Shown here: one piece after another, positions 13,934 to 26,662 of the stretch
How positions within the stretch are numbered: the stretch's first letter is position 1
How the letters are laid out: each line of letters opens with the position of its first letter
Source of the DNA: Octopus bimaculoides
Lineage: Eukaryota
Assembly: GCF_001194135.2 (NCBI RefSeq)
Contig: NC_068989.1
Location: 76,711,167-76,758,316 of the forward strand
Reading direction: 5' to 3'
Length of the DNA: 47,150 nucleotides
Notes under the pieces: model-generated
Told to the model about the DNA's origin: nothing
What the model saw: only the letters and a program-made list of their open reading frames with translations
The model's database searches: none
Made by a program: the position numbers and the translations under genes

Positions 13934-14789
13934 ATGATTTTTTTCATGCATGTGTCTATGTTTGTATATAAGCATGCATCTATATATGCATGTATATGTG
14001 TGTGTGTCCGTGTGTATTCCAAACTTTATATAGATATATATATACCAGACACATAGTCATGTGTGCGAATATAGGTATATATACATTCACGCGTGCACAC
14101 ACACAAACACACATAAGTATGTATAAGTTTATGCCTCTGTTTGGGTGTATTTCTGTTTGTGTATTTATATTTACGTATATGTGCACACAGGAATACAGCA
14201 CATACCAGACCATATATTCCACATGTATTCATTAAAGCAGAAGGGAAACCATTAATCACAATATATTTTCTTATAATTGGATTACACGTTTCACTGATAA
14301 AGCTAGTTTAGTCTTTATAGCTTAAATCTAATTTTGCGAAAGGTCAGGCTATAGACACAAACAGTTTACATGCATAATAGATTCTGTGTGTCTGTTTGTG
14401 TACACGCTTTGTATATGTATAACTACATGGAAGATTCTTTAAATCTATTTATATTAAGATTTATACTAATCAATATTAAATTATCCCACATACATGGCTA
14501 ATTTAGACGTCTACACTTAATTGAAAATCATTAATGAAACGCTTAGGCTTGAAAATTAGTAGACAATTTAATGTGCCCGAACTAAAACACCTCTTAAGTG
14601 TTCGTTTAGGTTCATACTCTACACGCTAAAGTTCCTAATCACCCGAAAATGCTAGAAATATTTTGCAAGGCTTTCAAATCCAGATGTTGGTTTTGTGTAT
14701 GTAAGCCTTTATCGCGTATGTAAGCCTATTTGGTGTGTATGTAATTTTAGTAAACCAGAAAGGAATTAAAGAATTTCTAGGAAGTCGCT

Positions 14790-15110
14790 TGATCTGAACG
14801 TCGTGAGATGGAAGGAGGTTGCAAATGATCGCCCACACTGGAGGCAAATACTGCGAAAGGGAATGAAGAGAGCGAAAGAAAACAGGTACTCGCCATCAAG
14901 GAAAAGTGCACTCGACGGAAGGAACACTCAGCAGCACCGGCAAAGAGCTCCCTCAAATGCAGTCACTCTATGCGTGACTGCCACTACCGTGTGGGTCTGT
15001 GCACCCACAACAGACGCTGCACTACCCTCAACAAATGACACTATTTCGTTGGGTACAGTTCCATGGCCTCTCGAGACCGACGACCACCTAACCTACTACA
15101 ATAGTGATAA
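14790..15110 (+). mobile_element. RTE (BovB-like) LINE 3' terminal fragment
   Basis: Translation DLNVVRWKEVANDRPHWRQILRKG..., then after a frameshift AIKEKCTRRKEHSAAPAKSSLKCSHSMRDCHYRVGLCTHNRRC. This matches the RTE C-terminal CxxCxRxCxSRIGLxSHxRxC zinc-finger pattern. Confidence 0.85.
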
Positions 15111-15329
15111 TAGGTGAGGAGGAAGTTTGTAACCATATTAGAAATTTTATAGCGATAACGGAGAAACTCCGCTTATTCATTAATACAAAACAGTAAAAAA
15201 AAGAAACCACGAGTGCTCAATGTCAAGTCAGTTCAAAGTTTAAAGTGAATGGTGAAGTCTTAAAATATGTATCTATTTCAGTTAGAAAGATAGTAGAGGA
15301 TGTGCTAATGGAAACAATGTAATGATGAT

Positions 15330-16150
15330 CAACATCAGAAATGGAAAATCATGGGAAGCATGTGATAGAACTGCCAACATTGGAAACTAAAACTAGAAGA
15401 AAAATTGCAATTGCAGTTTAGATTTCAATGTTCTTGTCAATTCTTTACTATGATATCTAAACCTGGTGGAGGCGCAATGGCCCAGTGGCTAGGGCAGCGG
15501 ACTCGCGGTCATAGGATCGCGGTTTCGATTCCCAGACCGGGCGTTGTGAGTGTGTATTGAGCGAAAACACCTAAAGCTAAACGAGGCTCCGGCAGGGGAT
15601 GGTGGCGAACCCTGCTGTACTCTTTCACCACAACTTTCTCTCACTCTTACTTCCTGTTTCTGTTGTGCCTGTAATTCAAAGGGTCAGCCTTGACATACTG
15701 TGTCACGCTGAATATCCCCGAGAACTCCGTTAAGGGTACACGTGTCTGTGGAGTGCTCAGCCACTTGCCCGTTAATTTCACGAGCAGGCTGTTCCATTGA
15801 TCGGATCAACAGGAACCCTCGACGTCGTAACCGACAGAGTGCCAACATCTAAACCTGAATATAATATAAAGGCGTAATTAAAAACAAGATATATTCAGAA
15901 CACCGAGGATGTCCACACAGTATCCTTAATTTGATAAAGGTATCAAACCATCAATATAGAAAAAAGAATAATTACGAACCGAACAGAAACAATGCAGAGG
16001 CGACTAAAGGTAATGGTGATAACAAGCAACATATGGTGGTTAGATGATGTATTGAAAATGAAAGATAGAACGCTGTCGAGGCGATTGCTTTAGAGGAACC
16101 TGAATAGTGACAAAAACACCAATGTGGCTTAAATATGATCTGATACGTCA
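15330..16150 (+). mobile_element. Old RTE LINE fragment interrupted by the SINE at 15466-15846
   Basis: Left of the SINE: LETKTRRKIAIAV*ISMFLSILYYDI*T (degenerate LLYGSETW). Right of it: WWLDDVLKMKDRTLSRRLL (degenerate RWLGHVLRM..R). Confidence 0.5.
15466..15846 (+). mobile_element. Young full-length tRNA-derived SINE, family C (Octopus OK/OR type)
   Basis: A box TGGCCCAGTGG (15478-15488) and B box GTTTCGATTCC (15522-15532). Perfect 11-bp TSD ATCTAAACCTG (15455-15465 and 15847-15857). A near-identical copy lies at 20893-21278. Confidence 0.95.
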
Positions 16151-16586
16151 CAAACATATCTGATACCACACACACGTGGACACACAGTGGCAAACGTGGT
16201 GGTTATGATAAAACCACTTTGAGATACAGCACTGGGCAAGTAAAGACAAACAATATTATACGCGGCTAATTTAGTTAAGTAAATCAAATTAAGAACCTTT
16301 TACTACAACATTACGATGTAAAATTAGCAGTTTTAGAGCACCCGAGCGTGAACAGAAAACACGAACGAACAACATTTTAGGTGTTGAGTACACATCTTAA
16401 AGAGCTAACTTTCTCTATCAGTAAAATATAGCACTACTTATTTACTATAATCTAAAAATTACCAGGAAAAAAATTTCTCCTAAAACAATTGTGGTCTCTT
16501 CTATTCTTCTTTGACCACTTCTTTTGCTTCCATAGAAAATAATCAACAGGGTCAAAGATGTTGTGCAATACGCCATTTGTTACAAT

Positions 16587-16635
16587 CAAAGACAAGCTTA
16601 ACACTCACAAAGACAAGCTTAACACTCACAAAGAC
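16587..16635. repeat. 21-bp tandem duplication (2.3 copies)
   Basis: CAAAGACAAGCTTAACACTCA twice, followed by CAAAGAC. Confidence 0.95.
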
Positions 16636-18489
16636 CTTTCCGCATAATAAAGTTCTGTAGTCTTTTGTGGTCTCAAAGTGTGGCCATTGGTACATTTGAT
16701 TGTATCAAAGTAAGTTCAATCAGAATTAATCTATTTGAATGAAGATTGCTTTCAGCTGATAAATAAATCGTTATGGTGAGCAATTAAGAGCAAGAATTAT
16801 GGTCTCTAGCAACAAAGTGTGGATGTCGGGTTCGATTCATGTCCAAAGTCAATTCATTTGAACGTCTCAAAACACATTTGTCTGCTTATTCCTCTAGTTT
16901 AAAAGTCTTAAATGAGAAACTTACAACTTTCATTCTATAGGATGTTTATATCTAAAATATTTCTGTAAAACATAAGAGAAAAATATGTTTAGATACAAAC
17001 ATCTCTTTTAAAAAATCGTTTGTTTATTTGATTCGAAATCGATTTTTATTTTTGTCATAGAAATCTAATAGCTTGAGTTCTTTGTCAAAAATAAACAACC
17101 ACAACAATGTCGAATATTTATATTTGTAAGGGAGACAATGTGGTTTGATTGAGAATATAATTGTTTTATCAGAAGTTAGTAGAAGACATTCAATATTTCT
17201 ACCTATAGCTGTTCTATAATTATATTAATCAATTTTTAGTTTTTATTTTTCACTAAAATATATTACTTAAGCTCTGTCTTCATTCATCCATCATGTCAAC
17301 AATAACTATGATAATAGCTTTTTTCGTAAATATTTTTTACGTGTACGTCACTCAAATCTGAAATATTCATCAAGTTTATTAAATTTACGAAATGTTATTA
17401 ATTTGTTTTCAGCTAGCTTTAAGGTGAAGAGTAGTAACTCTATGTAGATAACAAAACTTATTTCGCCTGAAGTTCTTATAGGTACTGCTTGAAAGAGAAG
17501 CGTAGACGAAGCGACGCTCGAAAGTTATGTGGTAAATCTTTTTATGCGGATTGTACGGATAGTAAGTACAGGCAATGACTAGAATAGTGAATTGAAATAC
17601 TGAGCTGGTATTTCAGAAAAAGGTCCGACAAACTTTACTGATATTACATCATCCGCGATTACATAATTGAATTATTACATCAATACGTGAGCATATATTT
17701 GTGAGACTAGAATTTAATATTAATGCCTTCCTTTAGAGTGCAAGTAGCAATGAGTATGTGAAAATGCTTAGAAAGGGAAAATAAATCGACTCATCGGAGT
17801 CGTATCTGTTGTATCATGGTACTCTTGTTACGAACATGTAATCAATAATTGGCAAGTAGCGTTCTAAGAAATCATATTACTGCAAACCGAAGCACCGACA
17901 CAGTTTCTTGTTCCCATTGTAGCTCATGAAATCGTATTCCATTTACATCGTAAAGAATGGGAAGCTATTTGATCTCATTTTCCTCTAATACGTCCGGCAC
18001 CTTGGTAACCTATGTAAGAAATCAATATCTAAGAAATGAAAATGTAAAAAAATAAAACAATATTTTCTGTAAATCATATATGAGGTTACAAGAAACTGAA
18101 CTGTTTACAAAATTCTGTTTACTGTGTAAGGCTAATTTACAATACAGTACTTTGGACAGTAGACCTGCACCGACGCAGCCAGATGGAAAAAAAGTCACTG
18201 TTTAAAACGTTTTACTAATTGCTCTCATCTTTTACATTCTTTGAAATAAATTATTCAGACGTTATCAGACGTGGTCATCGTTTTCTCGAAAGACCATTAT
18301 TGTAATACGTTTCTTCAAATCCGGGTGTATTGTCTGATAAATTATTTCTAAGTGTACTATTTCAATTTCAATCCTTAATGAAGCCCCTTTCAATTTTTGA
18401 TATATATGTCGTTGTTAGACTATTCCTAACAATATACTTTCAAACATCTAATACTTTTCTAACTTTCTATCTCACTTTCCCTCTCTCTT

Positions 18490-18507
18490 TCACACACACA
18501 CACACAT

Positions 18508-18550
<43 letters not shown>

Positions 18551-18715
18551 TACGCACGCATACACGTACACACTAACGTGACACATACATACAGGCATTC
18601 GCGCACACATACATGTACATGAGTATGTATCACACTCTCCCTCTCTTTTCCTCACACACTCGTATACACTCACATATACACATATGTGTATATATCTCCC
18701 TCCCTCACGCCCCCA

Positions 18716-18770
<55 letters not shown>

Positions 18771-18975
18771 GATATATATCTGTGTGTGTGTGCGTGTGGG
18801 AGGGCGTTTGTGTGTATGCGTGTGTGTGTCTCTCTATATAGATATTTACTAACATACGTCTATGTATGTAAGTACATATAAATGCGTGTGTGTATATATA
18901 CATACATACATACACACATACACACACTCACGCACACACACACAAACACACACACACATATATATATATATATAT
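18490..18975. repeat. Cluster of (CA)n/(CT)n/(TA)n simple repeats
   Basis: Directly visible. Confidence 0.93.
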
Positions 18976-19059
18976 TAGTGCTGCTGTTCCTTTCATAAAG
19001 ATTCAGTAATTGCACTATATTGTGTGTAAAACAAGATTGCGAGGTATATATACATACTC

Positions 19060-19095
<36 letters not shown>

Positions 19096-20524
19096 GAATA
19101 TATTCTGGTTATATATTTAATTAATTCAATTAATTCAATTGATAAATTCTTATATATATATATATATATATATATATGAATATGTGCATTTGTAAGCTTT
19201 TGCAAACGCGTGCATTGTTTACTGTATATTAAGACAGCGTTTTTGTGTAAATCTCCAAGCTGTTAAATAACCTCAAACATCTTAGTAAACCTAAGTAGTG
19301 GTTTAATCAAGACATTTTAAAATATATAATGTTGATAATAAGGAAAACTGAAGAATGTGAGCACTCAAACTTAATGTTTCTGTGAGTTGTGAAAAACAGG
19401 TCATCTATGAACGTTATCGTTTACTACTACTGCTAGAAGCGAACTTGAAACTAATAATGGAAGAGAAAAATTCCTCTTCAAACAATCTTATATTTATACA
19501 CTCTGAAGAGATCGTGCTAATGACACATAAATCGCTGCATATAAATATGCAACNNNNNNNNNNNNNNNNNNNNNNNNNNNNNNNNNNNNNNNNNNNNNNN
19601 NNNNNNNNNNNNNNNNNNNNNNNNNNNNNNNNNNNNNNNNNNNNNNNNNNNNNNNNNNNNNNNNNNNNNNNNNNNNNNNNNNNNNNNNNNNNNNNNNNNN
19701 NNNNNNNNNNNNNNNNNNNNNNNNNNNNNNNNNNNNNNNNNNNNNNNNNNNNNNNNNNNNNNNNNNNNNNNNNNNNNNNNNNNNNNNNNNNNNTATATAT
19801 ATATATATATAAATTCCGTATAATAAGAAAATTAAATTCTTTAAGGTATCTATACTGAACCGTTACAATTGTTTCTGTACCAACTCTGCTTCCATCGCCA
19901 GTTTACGCAAAAATTGAAATCGAAAATACACACAACTTCTTTAATCTGATCATTTATTATTTATAATTTCCTTAGTTAGCAACTACTTTGCTAAAGTATA
20001 TTCACACGCAACCTTTTGGGCTGTGACTCTAACTCACATTCGTGTGCTTTATTATTTATCTATTTATATACATTGTTGGCCCTTTTAAATATTTAAATAT
20101 ATTTCTATCTGAGATTTGCACTCTCACTTAATTCCCTTCACGAACGTCTTTAGTTGTTTTGTCACGCACTCATCTACAGTACAGTTAATCACTGGAACAC
20201 GATAGAAAAGTCTTAATGGCTTATTTAACGGAGAAGTAGCAATGTCCTTGACCCAGTTCAAGACCTCCGAATTTTGTGAAAAGAAACAATTTGCAAACAT
20301 TAATCATTAGAATCAGTTAACTGCAACATATTCGTGTAAGAGCACGTAAGGGCCAGTTTAAATAATTCTACAAAGAATAATTCAACTCACACCCTCCAGA
20401 AAACAAAAACCGTATTCAAAAAAATCAATAAAAATACAAAAAGAATAACTAGTAAATGGTATAAAATGACTACGCACGTTTCGTGGCTATATTTTCAAAT
20501 AGATAACTATTATCAGAGGATGTG

Positions 20525-20690
20525 AAGATTACTTACGGTTCAGTCCCGTTCATTATCACTGACGATTTACACGTGTGTCTGCCAACTTTGTGCCAAAACT
20601 GCTCTTCGCTGACCCAAAAGACACTCGTGTTTCAGTTGCACAAGATCTACTTGCTTGTATCAAGAACGATGAAAACGTTTTGAAAATACT
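20525..20690 (+). mobile_element. Mariner transposase fragment
   Basis: Translates as KITYGSVPFIITDDL, then after a frameshift VSANFVPKLLFADPKDTRVSVAQDLLACIKNDENVLKI. This corresponds to the mariner ISYGS..I...L...VSA(K/R)(W/F)VP(K/R)LL linker region. Confidence 0.8.
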
Positions 20691-20892
20691 GCGTAGGCCT
20701 CTGAGCTCGCCAAACGTTTGACGCAGGTGCTTTGCTCAACATTCTCAGTCATTGCCAATGCAACAATCACACGCAATACACCTTCCTTTCAAGCAAATCA
20801 GCTAGAACGTTAGACCTTAGCGCGCAAGCACTTAATCGCAGCAGCCCGGATTCCACTTACATGTATATATATATATTTATATATCTATATAT

Positions 20893-21278
20893 GTTGTTGT
20901 TGGCACTCCGTCGCTTACGACGTCGAGGGTTCCAGTTGATCCGTTCAACGGAACAGCCTGCTCGTGAAATTAACGTGCGAGTGGCTGAGCACTCCACAGC
21001 CACGTGTACCTTTAACGTAGTTCTTGGGGATATTCAGCGTGACACAGTGTGACAAGCGTGACCCTTTGAATTACAAGCACAACAGAAATAGGAAGTAAAA
21101 GTGAGAGAAAGTTGTGGTAGAAGAGTACAGCAGGGTTCGCCACCATCCCCTGCGGAGCCTCGTGGCGCTTTAGGTATTTTCGCTCAATAGACACTCACAA
21201 CGCCCGGTCTGGGAATCGAAACCGCGATCCTATGACCGCGAGTCCGCTGCCCTAACCACTGGGCCATTGCGCCTCCAC
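20893..21278 (-). mobile_element. Young full-length tRNA-derived SINE, family C, with (CAA)n tail
   Basis: The reverse complement matches 15466-15846; the first 112 nt differ at only 3 positions. Confidence 0.95.
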
Positions 21279-21499
21279 AATGGCATTACGTTCCATTACT
21301 TAATAAAATAACAAATGACATAACGTATACCTGGTGTAAAACTGGACAAGAGACAAGCATGGAAGGTCCTAATTCTTCATCAGTTATAAACCAATTGTTA
21401 ATGCTCGGTTTCGCACCATTAATTTCAATTGAAAATTTGTAAATTTCAATTAATGATTTGTAATTACTGATAATTGTAATGGTAATAAATATAATCCCT

Positions 21500-21712
21500 T
21501 CTACTAAAAACACAAGGCATGAAATTATGGGGGAGGGTAATTGTCTATTACATCGAATCCAGTGTTCCGCTTGTACTTAATAATTTAAGATTCCCGAAAG
21601 GATTAAAGATAAAGACGGCCCTGGTGCAGTTTGAACTCAGAACGCAGAGACAGATCAAATGCCGCTAAGCATTGTGCCCAGCGTGCTAACGATTGTGCCA
21701 GCTCGCTGTCTT
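21500..21712 (-). mobile_element. tRNA-derived SINE, family A (diverged)
   Basis: CCCGAAAGGAT...TTGAACTCAGAACG...GCGTGCTAACGATT.TGCCAGCTCGC aligns with 574-786. Confidence 0.8.
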
Positions 21713-22489
21713 TAATAGTTATAGACATAAATGGATAGCTAATGAGAGAGGGAAGGAAAACGCGCGGAGGCAGGAGTGGTCGTGTGTTTGTGTGTGTGTG
21801 TGTGTGCATGTGTGTGTGTGTGCGTGCCTATGTGTGTGTGCGTGTACACCTACACCCATTATAGCAAACACACACAAATAAATATTCACAGGTATGCACA
21901 CACAAACGTATATTTCATATGTGAGAACATGAGGAAGAGGTAGAGAGAAAGAGCGAGGAAGAGAGAGAAAGAGCGAGGAAGAGAGAGAAGGCAGAGCGAA
22001 AGAGGGAAAGAGAGAGAAGATGAGAGAGGAAGAGGGAGAGGGAGAGAAAGGGGTAGAGAGACTGAGAGAGGTTCATGATTCTTCAAAAACATACGTTCGT
22101 GTATATAATGACACACTCATACAGGCAGGCAGAATGATATTCGTAAACACAAATCTTTCAAGCATTGACCTAAATCTCTATAGAAAATAGTCAATGTTTC
22201 AACGAGTCTTTACGTCTGTTATATTTTTCTACTTGAGGTAAGGAGCTCTGTTTATTTCATCAAGGAGTATCAGATGGCTGTGATGTTAGTTTATGAAATC
22301 GTGCGAGAAATCTTTTGTAAGTATGAGAGACATAGTATAATTCTTTATTATAACTGACAGCGTATTTCATACTACTTTTCAAACTGATGGACGCTTGATC
22401 TTTTACAGACTAATGATCCGTCAAATTCAATTATCAGGTGCAAACTGTGCTCCAAGATTTGGTTGTTTTCAACAGCGCTTAATTCCTGA

Positions 22490-22597
22490 AGTGTATGTAT
22501 GTATGCATGTATGTAGTCATGTATGTATGTAGCTATGAATGCATGGCGATATGAATATTTTCTGTATATCTATACACACACACACACACACACACAG

Positions 22598-22696
<99 letters not shown>

Positions 22697-22700
22697 CACA
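22490..22700. repeat. (TATG)n and (CA)n(TA)n simple repeats
   Basis: Directly visible. Confidence 0.95.
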
Positions 22701-23599
22701 CACAAAATTCCTTTCTTCACTCTTGCCCACCTTTCGCATCTTCCTCTGACACCTACTACTTCTCTTCACTCCTGCCCACCTTCGCTCTTCATTGTTAACC
22801 CCTTAACCCCACCCCACCTCACACACTAGCAATGACCACTTCTCAGAATCCACACAATACACCATCATCTGCAGACCCACGCCCACACTGAAGCACACAT
22901 CCACACACGTCAAAGTCACTAGCCCCTGTCAATGGTTTCNNNNNNNNNNNNNNNNNNNNNNNNNNNNNNNNNNNNNNNNNNNNNNNNNNNNNNNNNNNNN
23001 NNNNNNNNNNNNNNNNNNNNNNNNNNNNNNNNNNNNNNNNNNNNNNNNNNNNNNNNNNNNNNNNNNNNNNNNNNNNNNNNNNNNNNNNNNNNNNNNNNNN
23101 NNNNNNNNNNNNNNNNNNNNNNNNNNNNNNNNNNNNNNNNNNNNNNNNNNNNNNNNNNNNNNNNNNNNNNNNNNNNNNNNNNNNNNNNNNNNNNNNNNNN
23201 NNNNNNNNNNNNNNNNNNNNNNNNNNNNNNNNNNNNNNNNNNNNNNNNNNNNNNNNNNNNNNNNNNNNNNNNNNNNNNNNNNNNNNNNNNNNNNNNNNNN
23301 NNNNNNNNNNNNNNNNNNNNNNNNNNNNNNNNNNNNNNNNNNNNNNNNNNNNNNNNNNNNNNNNNNNNNNNNNNNNNNNNNNNNNNNNNNNNNNNNNNNN
23401 NNNNNNNNNNNNNNNNNNNNNNNNNNNNNNNTATAGTAGTACGTGCGTTTCGTACAAACTCCATTTATTCATATAGTGAGAACACCACAGAATGTACAAT
23501 GAAAATGTACTCCTCAGCTGCATAATTTAATTTCATTTTAGAAAGACATTTTGAAGATGTTTGCAAAAAAAAAAAATAAGAGTAGAAAACATACCATCT

Positions 23600-24435
23600 C
23601 GACTATGCTGCTGTTCCTTATCCACTAAATCTATGCTATATCTAATAGAATCATATTTTATGGCTCGTCTTAGGGCGTACCACCATTTATTGTTACTGAT
23701 GGCACATGTTAATGCCCTTTGAGTTATCGTCTTCATCTGCTTTCTGTATTCTTCAATCGACAAAAGGGTCGTATTGAGTTTCCAGTAGCCAGATCCCTTT
23801 CTATGTACCTTATCTAAGTTCAGCGTACAGGTAACCATCTTGTGGGCATTGTAGCTGACTGGATAAAACTGTGGGCACTTAACTATGCTTTTATCTACTT
23901 TTCTAATTAGAATCCTATCTATATACGATCTGGACGACCCGTCGCTCTTTGACCATGTCCACAATGAAGCGTCCGGGTGCTCCAGCCTATATGAATCTGC
24001 TAGATGAAAATGACTATACAGATCCCGGAAGCCAGGGTTACTTGTTCTATTCGGTGTCGAGCCAACACAATCACCGCGTGCATCGCAGAATTTGTTAAAG
24101 TCTCCTAGCAAAATTAAGAATGCAACGTGACTAGAAACTTTTCTAGGTCACGAAAATATTCACTTTTTTCACCAGAAATATTGGGTGCATAAATAGCAAC
24201 CAGCCACAACTGGAAGTTAAGTTCAAAATGACCAGCCTACCTTCTGGATCAGAAAAAATCAATCTTTTCTCCGAAACACGGAGAAACGTATTTCTCGTAG
24301 CCTTTCAGTAGGAGCAGATCTCTTGGTCCTTTCAATCGGGCTTCTGTATCAACAATTACATACAAATCCCACAACCTAATGTCTTTTAGGAAGCGCCCTC
24401 GCTTCCAGCTCGACATCAGGCCACGTACAATTCCT
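23600..24435 (-). mobile_element. L1/Tx1-type non-LTR retrotransposon ORF2 APE-endonuclease domain (frameshifted)
   Basis: Minus-strand motifs in the correct order: N.RGL (frameshifted); SDPEGRLVILN; WLVAIYAPN; LGDFN; LADSYRLEHP; WTW; RSYIDRILI; HKMV; GSGYWKLNTTLL. Confidence 0.92.
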
Positions 24436-26662
24436 CTTCACTAGAAACTGATAAGGATATTACTATGATTTATAACGATGAACTTTTTCATATTTTAAAA
24501 TATTCATGATTCCATCCTTATTTGCATATAATAGATTATATTTAAATTTAATTACTTACAGAGAACAGACATTGTTTTTATATTTGTATCTTCCCATTTC
24601 ACCTACTGTTCGACAATTCTGATTTAATTACACTTTATTGTGTTACACATTCATATACTTCGTATTTTGAATTCTAAATTTCCATCAACATTCCCACATA
24701 AGAGTTTCCTACCGCTCACCGACATACAGAGAAATAAAAAAAATATATCTTTCGTTCATTCACCGAAGTGAAATAATCCACTTCAGACAATATTTATACA
24801 GGAAAAATAATCGCTTGCGGGAAATGCAGAATTCGAAAGTGTACAAAATTAGAACTCACATATGTTATGTCTATTTCGGAAACCGATTGAATTTTTTATC
24901 CGATGAATCTTGGCATGTACTGAAGAGGGAATGTGTAGTTGCAACACACACATGACTATATAGAAATGGCTGTGTGTATATATGTGTATTTGCGTGTCTT
25001 ATGTTTGAAAGTCTAGGCTAATTATTTCAACAAAGTAAACGATCCACGCGAAGCACTTACTATAGAGAAAAAAGTTATAACAATTTACAGATTAGAAGAA
25101 AAGTAAAAATAGCTACATACATACATACATACATACATACATGCATGCATACATACATACATACGTTTATGCATCCCCAAAAAATGTATGTTTGTTTATG
25201 TTCATTTTTAAATGTGGTAAGTTTATTTTCTATTTATACATCTCCATATAACTGAAATACTGAAATCTTTGTGTGTGGCCTACCACGAAAAACAAACCAA
25301 CTGATTATCATGGATATCACTAGCAGCTCTTGCCCCCGTTACTTTTAATGCCATATGCCCCTCTCGCTCTTTCTCCTTTTGACGAGCATACGCAATCACC
25401 TGTTATCCTACCATCTATAATGACAACGCGAAGCTTCCATTTTTGCAAGGTTCACGTTAAGATTTCACTCTTCAATTTTCTGTGTTCAACAGAGTAAACA
25501 TGAATTTGATTCTATTTCACGTTAGGTGGAGGAAAACCTGAGTAGAAGCAAGAGAAGGAAAGGCACAAAGAAAGACCCAGAAAGAGAGAAATATATATAA
25601 CTAATAAAATAGAAAGAGTAAACAAAACAGATATTTCATCTTCCGTTTTTCTTAACCTTCGCGTTTTGTATATACTGCCTCGTCGGTTTTTCACATTTCT
25701 ACTCTTATTCAAATTTTTTTTTTAGTTCTTTATGATATGTGGTTTGTGCCTGATGGATATATCTGAGATATTTCTTAACATATGAAACTATTAGGCATGT
25801 ATTCTGTTCTTTAAATAGATAGTGCTTATCTCTCACCAGTTGGAGTANNNNNNNNNNNNNNNNNNNNNNNNNNNNNNNNNNNNNNNNNNNNNNNNNNNNN
25901 NNNNNNNNNNNNNNNNNNNNNNNNNNNNNNNNNNNNNNNNNNNNNNNNNNNNNNNNNNNNNNNNNNNNNNNNNNNNNNNNNNNNNNNNNNNNNNNNNNNN
26001 NNNNNNNNNNNNNNNNNNNNNNNNNNNNNNNNNNNNNNNNNNNNNNNNNNNNNNNNNNNNNNNNNNNNNNNNNNNNNNNNNNNNNNNNNNNNNNNNNNNN
26101 NNNNNNNNNNNNNNNNNNNNNNNNNNNNNNNNNNNNNNNNNNNNNNNNNNNNNNNNNNNNNNNNNNNNNNNNNNNNNNNNNNNNNNNNNNNNNNNNNNNN
26201 NNNNNNNNNNNNNNNNNNNNNNNNNNNNNNNNNNNNNNNNNNNNNNNNNNNNNNNNNNNNNNNNNNNNNNNNNNNNNNNNNNNNNNNNNNNNNNNNNNNN
26301 NNNNNNNNNNNNNNNNNNNNNNNNNNNNNNNNNNNNNNNNNNNNNNNNNNNNNNNNNNNNNNNNNNNNNNNNNNNNNNNNNNNNNNNNNNNNNNNNNNNN
26401 NNNNNNNNNNNNNNNNNNNNNNNNNNNNNNNNNNNNNNNNNNNNNNNNNNNNNNNNNNNNNNNNNNNNNNNNNNNNNNNNNNNNNNNNNNNNNNNNNNTA
26501 TATATATATATAATAATATTAGGGACAAAATCCAAAATTACAGGTAAAAAACTCAGTTAAAATCAATTTATAAAAAATTAAAATTAAATTGATTTTCATC
26601 GATGAGTTCTTGAAAATTGGTTATTTTCCCTAAAACTATATATTTTATATATATATATATAT

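Noticed and set aside
15466-15545. tRNA-like sequence with A and B boxes (also at 21200-21278)
   Set aside because: It continues into a SINE body of about 380 bp with a TSD and a second copy, so it is a SINE head rather than a tRNA gene.
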